A stretch of DNA of 63,983 nt, filler included, from Lentisphaeria bacterium (GCA_041690595.1; 3 parts of 3 records of this genome joined end to end with filler, not necessarily neighbours in it), one strand, 5' to 3'. Positions 50,893-61,211 are shown, counted from the whole stretch's first letter. Notes: generated by a model not told the origin, from the sequence alone. Program-made: numbers and translations.

Positions 50893-52296
50893 CTATTCCG
50901 GAATCAGGCGCACGATACGGTCCGGGCCGTTGAGCGCCACATACAGGTAACCGTCGGGGCCGGTGACGACCTCGCGGATGCGGCCGACGCCCTTGAGCAC
51001 CACTTCCTGCTCCACGACCTTGCCGTCCTGTATGCGCAGGCGCCGCAGTGTCTGGTTACGCAGCGAACCGGCAAAGAGGTCGTTCTTCCACTGGGGGAAA
51101 CGGTCGCCGGTATAGAAAGCCAGACCACATGGGGCAATTGAGGGGGTCCAATGAATGAGCGGCGGGACGACGCCTTCCATCTGGGTCTTTTCGGTGATGG
51201 GGGTGCCGTTGTAGTTCATGCCGTGGGTGACCAGCGGCCAGCCATAGTTGCCGCCGGGCTGCAGAAGGTTCAGCTCGTCGCCGCCGCGGGGCCCGTGTTC
51301 GGTGATATGGATGTCGCCATTGCGCGGATCGACGGCCATCCCCTGGGGATTGCGATGCCCGTATGTCCAGATGCCCGGCAGCGCCCGGTCGCGGCCGACA
51401 AAGGGATTGTCGTCGGGAACCCGTCCATCCGGGAAGAGCCGATAGACCTTGCCATTGGGACGCCACAACTCCTGCACTTGTGTGCCGCCGCCACGCTCGC
51501 CGACGATGAAGAACATGTAGCCGTCGTGGAAGACGATGCGCGTGCCGAAATGGACACCGGAGGTGGTATAGAACTGGTCGTCGGCGCGCCATAGCCACTG
51601 CTCGTCGACCCATTGGTTGCCGCGCAGTTTGCCGCGCACAATGGCGGTCTGGCAGCGTTTCCCACCGCCATCGAGGGGGTCGGTGAAGCCGAGGTAGATC
51701 CAGCCGTTTTCGGCATGGTCGGGATCGATCGCCACCTCCATCATCCCCCCCTGGCCGTGGTGGAGGACGTCTGGAGTTCCACTGATCGGCTCGGCCTGCA
51801 ACTGGCCATCCGCCGAAACGATGCGGACGGCGCCCGGCCGTTCCGTCACCAGCATGCGCCCATCCGGGAGGAAGGCCATGCCCCACGGCAGTTTCAGCCC
51901 ATTGGCCACCACCTCTTCCAGCTTGTAACTGTGATACTGGGTAGCCACGACCTTGCCGACATCCGCCCGCGGCAGCTTCGCCGCGCGATCGGCGGCCTGG
52001 CTCTCCTTTTCGCGGATATAGATGACCAGCGCCCGGACCTGCTGACTGTTCAGGGTCTCTTCAAAGGCCGGCATGTCCATGTCGGGGCGCCCCTTGGCGA
52101 TCGAGGTGAAGATCGCCTCGGACGAGCCGCCGTGGCGCCATTCGCCGTCGATCAGCGAGCCGCCCAGGCCGCCATCCAGATTCTGCCCGTGGCAGATGGC
52201 GCAGTGTTCCTGATAAAGCGCCTCCACCTTCTCTTGCGACCTCGCGCAGGAGATCGTCACCATGAGTGCCATCATGACCAGCAGATACTGTTTCAC
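50893..52296 (-). CDS. PQQ-dependent sugar dehydrogenase (GSDH family) with N-terminal cytochrome c
   Basis: CAICH heme motif, PWGMAFLPDG, YGHRNPQG, EHGPRGGDE and NYGWP, with a lipoprotein-like leader. Confidence 0.9.
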   Translation of the reverse strand: MKQYLLVMMALMVTISCARSQEKVEALYQEHCAICHGQNLDGGLGGSLIDGEWRHGGSSEAIFTSIAKGRPDMDMPAFEETLNSQQVRALVIYIREKESQAADRAAKLPRADVGKVVATQYHSYKLEEVVANGLKLPWGMAFLPDGRMLVTERPGAVRIVSADGQLQAEPISGTPDVLHHGQGGMMEVAIDPDHAENGWIYLGFTDPLDGGGKRCQTAIVRGKLRGNQWVDEQWLWRADDQFYTTSGVHFGTRIVFHDGYMFFIVGERGGGTQVQELWRPNGKVYRLFPDGRVPDDNPFVGRDRALPGIWTYGHRNPQGMAVDPRNGDIHITEHGPRGGDELNLLQPGGNYGWPLVTHGMNYNGTPITEKTQMEGVVPPLIHWTPSIAPCGLAFYTGDRFPQWKNDLFAGSLRNQTLRRLRIQDGKVVEQEVVLKGVGRIREVVTGPDGYLYVALNGPDRIVRLIPE

Positions 52297-52390
52297 ACCC
52301 CTTCTCCCTTTTGAGGCTGTTGTGGACAAATGTGCCGCTTGTACTGTAGCCGCGGAGAGGAGGCAAAAGCAAAGATTGTGAGAGGGTGGT

Positions 52391-52441
52391 TTGCAGGAGA
52401 ATGGTTGCCTCCATATACTATAGCAGATGGATAGCAGATGG
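52391..52441 (+). promoter_or_regulatory. Promoter followed by a tandem 11-bp operator-like repeat
   Basis: TTGCAG-N17-TATACT, then ATAGCAGATGG x2 (52420-52441). Confidence 0.6.
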
Positions 52442-52479
52442 TGTGTACGACCATATCAAACGCATACTTACCGGGTGAC

Positions 52480-54471
52480 ATGATGGAGAGGGTTTCGTGG
52501 GAAATGGAGGACGAACAGCTCCGTATACAGGTCGGCGCTGACGGCAGTCTTAGGGTCAGCGACCGGCGAAACGGCAACGAGTGGGCGACTCAGGGCACTC
52601 CCTTCGTCCTGCATGCATGGAACCGGATGATGGACCGCTGGGTCATCCTGCCATCGAGCGCCGATACCTGCACGATCGAGGTGGAAGGCTCGCCGAGCGC
52701 CGCCACCATTCGCGTCTACTGGCGCGAGGTGCAGATCGGCGTGGAGGTGGTGCTCAGGCTGCTGGAGAACGGCAGCCTGCAGGGACGAATCGCCCCCTCC
52801 GGCATTCGTGAAGACAACCATGCACATCTGCGCCTGATGAGCCTCGAGGTGTGGCCGGATTTCGGCGCGGTCGCCGCCGGGTCGACTGGGGCCATGCTTC
52901 TCCCCTTCGCGTCGGGCCTGCTTTGCCCGTTCGACGAGAAGAAGACCACGACGGAGAGCATCCGTCGTCGTATGTACATGGATCAGGGGGAGTGGGAATC
53001 GTGGACGGCGCTGCCGCTCTTCGGCCTTCAGCAGGCGCCGGATGCGGCCATGCTCTGCATACTCGAGCAGGGGGAGTGGGATGCGGAGGTGGTTGCGCAA
53101 TTGAACGGAGGAGAGGGCCGGCTGCACAGCGTCCATGCGCACTGGCATTTTCGCGAGCGCAAGATCGACGCCTTCGATCCGCTCGAGCGGATCTTCCGCT
53201 ACGTCTTCCTGGCGGATCGCGAGGCCGGTTACGCGGGTATGGCAAAGGCGTATCGCGCCTATCTGCTGACGGAGCGAGGCGCGACGCTGCTGGCCGACCG
53301 CGCGGCCGTCAATCCGGCGCTGGCACGGGAAATCCGCGCCCATTCCTGCAAGGTTTTCATGGGGTCGAAGAGCCGGCAGGCCGACGGCAAGGCCCCGTAT
53401 GACCTCTTCACCACCTTCGATCAGGCGATCGAGGTCCTGAACGCTTTTCGCGAGATCGGCATGGAGGCGGTGTCATATCAATTTGTGGGCTGGAATATCG
53501 ACGGCCACGACGGCCAGTATCCGACTCGTTTTCCGGTCGATCCGCGCGTGGGCGGCGAGGCGGGGCTGGTACGCTTCCAGGCGGCAGCCAAGGCGGCCGG
53601 GCACACGGTGGGCATTCACGACAACTATGTCGACATGTCGGTCTGTTCGCCGGACTGGGATCTCGGGCTGGTGGCCCATGACCGGGACGGGGAGCCGATC
53701 ATCGGTGGCATCTGGAGTGGTGGCCAGACGGTCTATATCTGCGGATCGCGGGCGATGGAGATGGCGCGCCGGGAGATGCCCAAGGTCGCGCGGCTGGGGC
53801 TGGATGGCCTCTACTACATCGACGCGATGCCGCGCGTGTCGCGGGCGTGCCATGCTGCCGATCACGGGCATCATCCCGGACGTCGCGCCGATGGCGAGGG
53901 GGTGATCGACCTGCTCCGCTTTGCGGGGGAGATCAGCGGGTTGCCGGTCGGCTGCGAAAATGCCATGGGCTTCACCATTCCCTGGCAGGATTACGCCGGC
54001 CACCTCCCCCTGAATGCGAAATCGCTACCCGCCGCCTTTGCCGGCGAATGGGTGCCTTTCTTCCAGATTGCCGTTCACGGCTTGATCAAGTATCATCTGG
54101 CCGATCCGCGGTCGGGTGGTGGGCCGGAGCAGGCAGTGCCGCAGATTCTGCGGGAGATCGAGCACGGAGCGATGCCGCGATTCGAGTATCAGTACCAGGA
54201 TGCACGCCTCGACGATCCGCTCCAGTTTCACTTTGGCGACTGGCGGCCATGGCTGCCGGTACTTGCCACCCAGCATCGCATCCTCTGCCAGGAACTGGTG
54301 GATCTGCAGACGGTGCTGATTGACGATCATCAGCGGACGGCCGATGGTATCAGCCTCACCACGTATGCCGACGGTACGGTAGTCCGCGTGGACCACGTCC
54401 GGCAATGCTATGCCCTCAACGACCAGCCATGGCAACCGGTACGCCTGGCCACTCCGGAGATTCACGCATGA
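52480..54471 (+). CDS. Putative glycoside hydrolase (DUF5696 / GH101-GH129-like)
   Basis: GYAGMAKAYR, GWNIDGHDGQYP, HDNYVD, YYID, PFFQIAVHG and TTYADGT. Confidence 0.65.
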   Translation: MMERVSWEMEDEQLRIQVGADGSLRVSDRRNGNEWATQGTPFVLHAWNRMMDRWVILPSSADTCTIEVEGSPSAATIRVYWREVQIGVEVVLRLLENGSLQGRIAPSGIREDNHAHLRLMSLEVWPDFGAVAAGSTGAMLLPFASGLLCPFDEKKTTTESIRRRMYMDQGEWESWTALPLFGLQQAPDAAMLCILEQGEWDAEVVAQLNGGEGRLHSVHAHWHFRERKIDAFDPLERIFRYVFLADREAGYAGMAKAYRAYLLTERGATLLADRAAVNPALAREIRAHSCKVFMGSKSRQADGKAPYDLFTTFDQAIEVLNAFREIGMEAVSYQFVGWNIDGHDGQYPTRFPVDPRVGGEAGLVRFQAAAKAAGHTVGIHDNYVDMSVCSPDWDLGLVAHDRDGEPIIGGIWSGGQTVYICGSRAMEMARREMPKVARLGLDGLYYIDAMPRVSRACHAADHGHHPGRRADGEGVIDLLRFAGEISGLPVGCENAMGFTIPWQDYAGHLPLNAKSLPAAFAGEWVPFFQIAVHGLIKYHLADPRSGGGPEQAVPQILREIEHGAMPRFEYQYQDARLDDPLQFHFGDWRPWLPVLATQHRILCQELVDLQTVLIDDHQRTADGISLTTYADGTVVRVDHVRQCYALNDQPWQPVRLATPEIHA

Positions 54472-56756
54472 CGACCTGTCAGCTCAGCCTCGATACCGTT
54501 CGGCAACTGTCCCTGAATCCCGCCGTCGACGGCTCGGTGGAGGTTCCCTTCACGGCAGGGCCGGGACTCTGCCAGTTCACCCTGATCCTCGATGCCGATC
54601 GCATGGACTGGGAGGAGCTTTATGTCAATCTGGAGTTGTTCGAGAATCACGGCGCCCGCACCGGCCCCTGGGACTTCGACATCGTGCACCAGAATCGGCC
54701 GCTGGTTCCGAGCTACTGGGTGACGCTCGACGGCGAGCCCCTCGGCTTGTGGTACATGCAGCGGGTCTCGCTCGAAGACCTGGCGGCGCGGCGTTTCCGT
54801 GGGCGCATGGCCTTTCACCTGGCGACCGGCGGCGAGCATCGCCTGGCCTTCAAGCCGTACCGCTCTCTCGATGTCACCTGGCATGCGGCCACGCTGGAGG
54901 TCGATCCGGAAGATACCCTTGACTCGCGGCAGTTCGAGCTGAGCGACTGGGGCGAGCGCTGTCCGGCCGCCCGCTGGGCCGATCCCAAGTACTGGGCCGA
55001 CCTGAAGGCCAGGCTGGAGACGACGCACGTCATCTATCGCGAGCCGCTGGAGCGGATGTATCGGTGGCTGGCCTACAAGATTACGCCGAAAGCGAAGGAA
55101 GGGGCGGCGCCGGGGACCTGGGGCTTCGCCTCCCCCGTGCCGACCCATCAACCGGACGATATCCTGCCACTGCTGGCGGAATACCGGCTGACGGGGCGCG
55201 AGGGGGCGCTGACCGAAGCGCTGGCCGCCATCGATGCCGTGATTGCCTTGCCGCACTGGGGCAATCCTCAGGAAGGAGCCTATGGCTGCGACGGTGACAT
55301 GGGGGCCTCTCATTTCCTGCGCGCCCTCTCCTGGGCCTGGCATGCCATGCGCGACCTGCTCGGCGACGAGCGCCGGGAGCTGCTGCGCGCCAAGCTCCAA
55401 CTCCAGGGCACCCGTTTCTTTCGTCAGTGCCTGCTGCACCGGGATTACTGGGGCGGCTCGGTGATACAGGATCATGGCAAGGTTTCGCTCGCCGAGTTCG
55501 GCACCGCCGCGTTGCATCTGCTGGGCGTTCTGCCGGATGCCGCCACCTGGACCGCCTATGTGATTCCCCGCGTGCAGCGCTCTCTCGACGCCATGCCGCG
55601 GGATGGGCACATCCCGCCAAGCTCCTACTCATCGCCTATCCTCTATCTCGATACGCCGGGCTATTATCGGGAAGCGCTGCTGGCGCTGACCGGCGAGGAT
55701 ACCTTCGACCAGCCCCAGTTCCGGGCGGTTGTCGACTACCTCTTTGCCGGCGCCGCCGGCTACGGCCGGGAGGAGCTGGTGGCGCGCTTCGGTAAGGGCC
55801 AATTGATGGGAGCGGCCCACGTGCTCAACCGCCTGGCTACCAAGTTCGGGGATGGTCGCGCTGCCTGGCTGCAGCGGCGGCGGCTCGATCAGCCACCGTT
55901 TGGTTTTGGTCACAACATCCAGGAGGTCGGTTATTACCATGCGGTCCTCATGGGGCTGCTGACGCACGACCCGCGGATCGAGCCGACGCCACCGGGCAAG
56001 GCCGATTTCGCGCCGCTGCGCTTTTACCCCGACAGCGGCGCGGCCTGCTATCGCGATCGCGGCCAGGATCTCGACCTGAACCTCGCCTGCGGCCCGTGGT
56101 GCGGCTACACCGCCTATCGCCAGGCGAAAGGTCCGTGCGACCGCATGGAGGTGCTCTCCGGCAGCGGCCATTTCTCCGTCAACGTGCGCGGTGAATCGGC
56201 ACTGGCGACGCCGGACGGCGGATACCGCCTTCGCTATCACACGCGCAACCTGCTTCTGGTGGACGATCAGGGGCCGAGCGGCGACGTCGGCTATCCGATG
56301 TCGATTCCCTCCTTCACCGATCGCGGTGAAGAGATCGAGGTCGCCCGCTGGGATGACGAGGAAGGCGCCGGCTTCGTTCGCCTGCAACTGGCGCCGGCGT
56401 ATGATGCCGCGCTGGGGATGCTCCGGTACACACGCGACTTCGTCCTGCGTCCGGGGCAACCTCTGGTCATCCGGGATCAGGTTGTCTTCGACCGTCCACA
56501 CCACCTGGCCTGGCACTTCCATGGGCGACGCGATATCGGCGTGAAGCTGGTGGAGCCGCTGACGGCTGCCTTCGGTTCGCTGCTTCAGCTTGCCGCCGCC
56601 TCCGCGGAAAGCCCGCTGCAGGCAAGCTTGGCGCCGACGGAGGTGGTCTACAGCTACTCGAGCCAACGCCATACCTTCGACCATGTCCGCTTTGCCACGG
56701 CTGGCGCGGTGACGCAGGCGCTGGTGGAGTTCACCTGCAGCGTGATGCCCGACTAA
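54468..56756 (+). CDS. Heparinase II/III-like polysaccharide lyase-type protein
   Basis: Helical toroid-like centre and a C-terminal FYPDSG...DGGY...NLLLVD...VIRDQV...WHFH pattern. ATGA coupling. Confidence 0.55.
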   Translation: MTTCQLSLDTVRQLSLNPAVDGSVEVPFTAGPGLCQFTLILDADRMDWEELYVNLELFENHGARTGPWDFDIVHQNRPLVPSYWVTLDGEPLGLWYMQRVSLEDLAARRFRGRMAFHLATGGEHRLAFKPYRSLDVTWHAATLEVDPEDTLDSRQFELSDWGERCPAARWADPKYWADLKARLETTHVIYREPLERMYRWLAYKITPKAKEGAAPGTWGFASPVPTHQPDDILPLLAEYRLTGREGALTEALAAIDAVIALPHWGNPQEGAYGCDGDMGASHFLRALSWAWHAMRDLLGDERRELLRAKLQLQGTRFFRQCLLHRDYWGGSVIQDHGKVSLAEFGTAALHLLGVLPDAATWTAYVIPRVQRSLDAMPRDGHIPPSSYSSPILYLDTPGYYREALLALTGEDTFDQPQFRAVVDYLFAGAAGYGREELVARFGKGQLMGAAHVLNRLATKFGDGRAAWLQRRRLDQPPFGFGHNIQEVGYYHAVLMGLLTHDPRIEPTPPGKADFAPLRFYPDSGAACYRDRGQDLDLNLACGPWCGYTAYRQAKGPCDRMEVLSGSGHFSVNVRGESALATPDGGYRLRYHTRNLLLVDDQGPSGDVGYPMSIPSFTDRGEEIEVARWDDEEGAGFVRLQLAPAYDAALGMLRYTRDFVLRPGQPLVIRDQVVFDRPHHLAWHFHGRRDIGVKLVEPLTAAFGSLLQLAAASAESPLQASLAPTEVVYSYSSQRHTFDHVRFATAGAVTQALVEFTCSVMPD

Positions 56757-56774
56757 CGGCAACGCGGGGCGCGA

Positions 56775-56851
56775 TGGTGGGCGGTGAGGGACTTGAACCC
56801 CCGACCCTCTCGGTGTAAACGAGATGCTCTAGCCAACTGAGCTAACCGCCC
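56775..56851 (-). tRNA. tRNA-Val(TAC)
   Basis: GGGCGGTTAGCTCAG...TCTCG-TT-TAC-AC-CGAGA...GTTCAAGTC...CCCACCA; 77 nt with encoded CCA. Confidence 0.97.
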
Positions 56852-56960
56852 GCTAGTTCACGCGCTCAAGACAATAACGCCAACTCGCGCCCGATCAAGT
56901 CCCACCGTTGCAAAAGAGGCGGCATCGCGGTACTAGTTAGTGATGTAAGGAGGGACTGAC

Positions 56961-57431
56961 ATGGACATCGTCATCAGTTTCGCGACGTGGATCGTGGCGA
57001 TCTATTCGTTTCGGCTGGCGATCTGGGGGAGTCCGACGTACAGCCTGATCCGGTCGGTGCCGTACCCCGTGCTGATGGAGGCGATGAACAGCATCGATGC
57101 CGCCGAAGCGCCGGATAGCGACCCCACGACGCGCTTTCTGCGTCGCTATTTCGCGATCAAGGTGGCTTCCCTGCTGATTGTGATGCTGGAGTTCTTTTGC
57201 CTGGCGTGGTTTCTCTTTACGGAGACCATGCTGGTACTCCCGCTCTTCCTGCTGCTCAAACGGGTCGCCGCGCTGCAACTCCTCTATCGGGTTCCAGAGG
57301 AGAACGACCAGCATGTGCTCCAGATAATTCGCGATCTGCCGCCGTGGCAGCGCCGCTGGGAACGGATCAATCACCTGATCACGGCCCTCGGCTTCGTGGT
57401 GCTCTTCCTGCGCGTAGAGAACTTCCTCTGA
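56961..57431 (+). CDS. Small membrane protein
   Basis: RBS GGAGG and about 4 hydrophobic helices. Confidence 0.75.
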   Translation: MDIVISFATWIVAIYSFRLAIWGSPTYSLIRSVPYPVLMEAMNSIDAAEAPDSDPTTRFLRRYFAIKVASLLIVMLEFFCLAWFLFTETMLVLPLFLLLKRVAALQLLYRVPEENDQHVLQIIRDLPPWQRRWERINHLITALGFVVLFLRVENFL

Positions 57432-57528
57432 GCCAAGACCAGCAGGACGCGGAGACGCGGGGACGACCGGCGGGGCGCTGCCCCGGACCCCGCTGGGGAG
57501 GCGCACCTCCCCAGACCCCACGGTACTT

Positions 57529-57569
57529 CTTGTCGGGTTCTGGAGATCGGATCTCCAGATCCCGACAAG
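57529..57569. repeat. 41-bp near-perfect palindrome
   Basis: CTTGTCGGGTTCTGGAGATC-G-GATCTCCAGATCCCGACAAG, one mismatch. Confidence 0.8.
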
Positions 57570-57603
57570 CTATGGGGATGATAGGAGAGGCTGGGACAGA
57601 GGG

Positions 57604-58020
57604 TTAACCACAAAGAACGCAGAGGGCGCAAAGGTTGGGATGGGGGGGGCGGGAAGGTTTACCACGAAGAGCGCGAAGGGCCACGAAGGAAGCAGCTCAG
57701 GAAGTTAGCCACAGAGAACGCAGAGAACGCAGAGATTGGGACGGGGGAGGCGGGGAGGTTTAACCACAAAGAACGCAAGGAGCGCAAAGATTGGGATGGG
57801 GCGGCGGGGTGGTTTACCACGAAGAGCGCGAAGGGCCACGAAGGAAGCAGCAGGGGGCGCAAAGATTTGGATGGGGGGGCGGGGAGGGTGGAAATGTGGA
57901 CCATGAAGGACATGAAGATTTGGGCTGCGAGGGTAGACGGACGGGTAGGAACCACGGAGGCACGGAGATGGGGCAGGGGGGAGGCGGGGACGGACGGGTA
58001 GGAACCACGGAGGCACGGAG
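57604..58020 (+). repeat. Cluster of ~8 ACCAC-initiated 9-bp-periodic repeats with G-rich linkers
   Basis: Examples: ACCACAAAGAACGCAGAGGGCGCAAAG, ACCACGAAGAGCGCGAAGGGCCACGAAG x2 and ACCACGGAGGCACGGAG x2. Confidence 0.85.
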
Positions 58021-58023
58021 CTG

Positions 58024-59685
58024 TCAGGCGGCCTGCTCTTTTCCCAACTTCCGCTTGATCAGGAGTGAGATGACTTGGTACAAAATAAGCATCACGAACA
58101 GCACACCCAGCAAGGCGCAGGCATACCAGAAAAATGCATTCATCACAACCTTGCTCTGATTGGCCAGCGTCATGATCCGCTCGTCGACCGAATCATTCAC
58201 CTCCTGCATCCCGTGTTCGAAATCCGGCGATCCTATCAGGTTTTCGACCCCCGTGAGCAGCTCGTTCATTTCTTCCACGGCGAGCGTCACGTTCTTGGCC
58301 ATCTGCTCGTACTCGCGAATGTCAAAGGCCTGCCCCTCCTTGCCTGTCTTCGACGGGGCCGATGCCGCATGCCGAGTATACAGGGTATCCGCCGTCGTGA
58401 GCAACTCGTTCATTCCCTCCACGGCAAGCGTCACGTTCTTGGCCATCTGCTCGTACTCGCGAATGTCAAAAGGCTGCCCCTCCTTGCCTGTCTTCGACGG
58501 GGCCGAGGCCGCATGCCGAGCATACAGGGCATCCGCCGTCGTTAGTAACTCGTTCATTTCCTCCGCGGCAAGCGTCACGCTGTTGGCCATCTGCTCGTAC
58601 TCGCGAATGTCAAAGGCCTGCCCCTCCTTGCCTGTCTTCGACGAGGCCGATGCCGCATGCCGAGCATACAGGGTATCCGCTGTCGTGAGCATTTCGTTGA
58701 GTGGTTCGGCCGCTTGTTTCAGGGACGTGACTAATGTGTTTGCCCCGTCTATAGTAGCCTTCACGTTGGCGATTGTCGCATCCGCATCCTGCAAACGATC
58801 ATCGATCCCAGCGAGTATGGCTTGCCGCTCGGCCGCGATGTTTGCGGGTAGTTGCTCGATCTGATCGGTCACCGAGTGCATGTCAGCAAGCGCCGTGTTG
58901 AATTCAGGGGTGGCGACCAAGTCCGCCTTCACCGCCGCCGCTTTCCACTGGAGCAGCGTGGACTCGCGCTTAAGGCGGTAGAACGTTCGCTCGGCGAGCA
59001 GACGTGCCTCGTCGACGGACTGCCCCGCTTTCCCGATCTCGCTGAAGAGGCCCCGGGCCTCAAGTATCTGGTCGGCGGCCGATTTTCCCCGCCCGATGGC
59101 GAAATTTGAGAAGCGAACAAACGAGGCGCGAACGACTTTCGGGTTCTCCTCTCGCCAGTCCAACAGCAGAGAGTGGAGTATGTCGAGTTGTTCAGCGCTG
59201 AGCACACGAGCGGCGAGCTGCTGCGCTTCCGCTCTGGCTTGCGAAAGGGCGTCGGCCAGCGCCTGCCCTCGCTCGCCGAACACCGCCTCGGCCCTGCCGT
59301 CTTCGTCCCACTGCTGACTGACCAATGTCGTGACCACGACCAAGTCGAGCACACGGGTGAACGGGTCGGCGTTACTGGCGATATCGTAAACGTTGGTGGC
59401 GTTGTCCACGAGAAGCATCTGTGCCGCTCGGCGCTGCGCCGGATCAGGGTTATCCGTCCTCAACGCATCGCAGACGGAATAGAGCAGGCCGACGTAGCGG
59501 TCGGCAAAACCGCGAGTGAGTTCGTTCAGCTCTGCCCGGGTCACTCGTTCGCCGTGCTCCGCACCACCAAACTGGCGTGAGGACTCCTCTGTCGCTTTCC
59601 TCTGTTGCGTGGCGCATCCCCCCATTAGTATGGCGATACACATCCCTATCAGGACGATAGTGGTACGTGATAGTTGAATATTCAT
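58024..59685 (-). CDS. Lipoprotein with three 48-aa internal repeats and a C-terminal TM anchor
   Basis: Lipobox-like LMGGC and FDIREYEQMA x3 at a 144-bp period (58297/58441/58585). Confidence 0.8.
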   Translation of the reverse strand: MNIQLSRTTIVLIGMCIAILMGGCATQQRKATEESSRQFGGAEHGERVTRAELNELTRGFADRYVGLLYSVCDALRTDNPDPAQRRAAQMLLVDNATNVYDIASNADPFTRVLDLVVVTTLVSQQWDEDGRAEAVFGERGQALADALSQARAEAQQLAARVLSAEQLDILHSLLLDWREENPKVVRASFVRFSNFAIGRGKSAADQILEARGLFSEIGKAGQSVDEARLLAERTFYRLKRESTLLQWKAAAVKADLVATPEFNTALADMHSVTDQIEQLPANIAAERQAILAGIDDRLQDADATIANVKATIDGANTLVTSLKQAAEPLNEMLTTADTLYARHAASASSKTGKEGQAFDIREYEQMANSVTLAAEEMNELLTTADALYARHAASAPSKTGKEGQPFDIREYEQMAKNVTLAVEGMNELLTTADTLYTRHAASAPSKTGKEGQAFDIREYEQMAKNVTLAVEEMNELLTGVENLIGSPDFEHGMQEVNDSVDERIMTLANQSKVVMNAFFWYACALLGVLFVMLILYQVISLLIKRKLGKEQAA

Positions 59686-60344
59686 TGAACAGTCCACCTT
59701 GCTTGGGATGACGGAAAACGGATTTGGCGCCACCTGCGGCGAAGATAACGATACACGCCCAGAGGGCGTGGTATCAGGAAGCCCCCCTGGGGGGGGGAAT
59801 GTGGAAACACCCGTTGGGGTTGTTGTTACGTTCTCAGTTTGATCCAAGGTTGAGTCCGTCAGAATCTTGAGCATCCTTGTCCTGAAGACTTTCTGCCGAT
59901 ACGTCGGAATCCACTTTTCTCGTGAGGTGGCCACTCGGCATAGGTGGAACAGGTGGAACTTTTGGGTCCGCGCCAGAGGACGTGGGTTTGGTTACTTACT
60001 AGGTAAGGTGTATCGGTGGCCAGTTCCAAATTTGGTCGCAGGAGTTCTTCGGATGGGGATGGAAGGGAGCGCGGTGAGGTCGGGGGCGGACGGGCAGAAA
60101 CCACGGAGGCACGGAGACACGGAGATTCTTTGCGCAATCAGGATGATTGCGGCCACCGCGGCAAGCCTGGCGGCTTTGAGGTGGGGTGCAGCCGGGCAGT
60201 TCATGAAGGGCCGGACCGATGGGGTGGCGAGGGGATAACGCCTGCAGCCGGTGGCCGCCATTCTATGGGTTGGCCACCATAATGTGGGAGCCTCACTAAT
60301 AAGTCCCGTGGAATTGAGTTCACGCGGGGAGGGGGCGACGGCGC

Positions 60345-60441
60345 GGACGCAACCCCGAATGGGGTTGATGTGTGGGCGGGCAGTCCACCCAGGGTAGCCT
60401 CAAGGGCAACCCTGGGCTATGGGACGCAGCCCCGTTGGGGC
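60345..60441. repeat. Second copy of the ACCCAGGGTAG...CAACCCTGGGCT palindromic element
   Basis: Same architecture as 31663-31762. Confidence 0.7.
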
Positions 60442-60546
60442 AAGAGGGCGAAAGGAGACGGCATGGACAGTATGGCGTTATGAAGAAGAATGTCCGGGCA
60501 ACGGTCGGGTGGGGACTCTCACGTTGCCGGGGGATGACAATGCGCA

Positions 60547-60572
60547 AGTCGCGGTTCGGAGAACCCCTCCCA
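60547..60572. repeat. Solo copy of the REP-like core of the 2590-3497 array
   Basis: AGTCGCGGTTCGGAGAACCCCTCCCA is identical to the copies at 3028 and 3467. Confidence 0.88.
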
Positions 60573-60645
60573 ACTATGTATGCCTTCAAGTGTTCATGGC
60601 TAAAAGATCTCCAGATTTTTTGTGAATGGCTGCGACGAGTGCGTC

Positions 60646-60745
60646 NNNNNNNNNNNNNNNNNNNNNNNNNNNNNNNNNNNNNNNNNNNNTTAATTAATTA
60701 ANNNNNNNNNNNNNNNNNNNNNNNNNNNNNNNNNNNNNNNNNNNN
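60646..60745. other. Artificial contig linker
   Basis: N runs flank TTAATTAATTAA. Confidence 0.98.
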
Positions 60746-60930
60746 TCGAGGGCGGGATCGAGATCGACTTCCCGATCACCCGCCACGACCTGTCGGAACT
60801 GACGGCAACCACGCTTCACACCGTGAGCCGCCTGTTGAGCGGCTGGGAAAAGCGCGGGCTGGTGCTCAGCAAACGCAAGCGCATCACCGTGTGCGATCCG
60901 CACGCGCTGGTGCTTCTCGGCCAGGGCTGA
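60746..60930 (+). CDS. nnrR: Crp/Fnr-family regulator C-terminus (NnrR/Dnr-like), 5' partial
   Basis: Manual translation gives IDFPITRHDLSELTATTLHTVSRLLSGWEKRGLV. Adjacent to the nor operon; not in the ORF track. Confidence 0.8.
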
Positions 60931-60936
60931 GCGGCA

Positions 60937-61149
60937 TTATTGCGCGTCGGCGGCGATGCGCAATTCGGCGAGAAACAGCTCTTCATCCAGGTGGTACTCG
61001 GCGCAGGCATCGGTGACCGTGTGGAACGGGCTGATCAGGCACCCGACGCACAGCATCCTGTGACGCACGAAGACCGGGACCGTTGCCGGCCAGTGGGTCA
61101 TCAGGTCCGCCAGCGGCAGGTCCGGATCGTCCAGTCGGGGGGCGCGCAT
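60937..61149 (-). CDS. DUF1858-like small protein
   Basis: WPATVPVF...MLCVGC...HTVTDACAEY. Confidence 0.75.
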   Translation of the reverse strand: MRAPRLDDPDLPLADLMTHWPATVPVFVRHRMLCVGCLISPFHTVTDACAEYHLDEELFLAELRIAADAQ

Positions 61150-61197
61150 GGCAGGCTCCTTTCCCGCTCAACCCTAGAGCCTCAATCGCGCCAAACA

Positions 61198-61211
61198 TTG
61201 CGCTGGCGCAA
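61198..61211. promoter_or_regulatory. NnrR/Fnr-type box
   Basis: TTGCG-CTGG-CGCAA, about 60 bp upstream of norC. Confidence 0.8.

Noticed and set aside
56775..56851. tRNA-Val as an island integration site
   Set aside because: I saw no integrase and no duplicated tRNA 3' end in the window.
60149..60259. GCGGCCACCG...CGGTGGCCGC as a MITE
   Set aside because: It is only a 10-bp GC-rich inverted repeat, single copy here, with no convincing target duplication.
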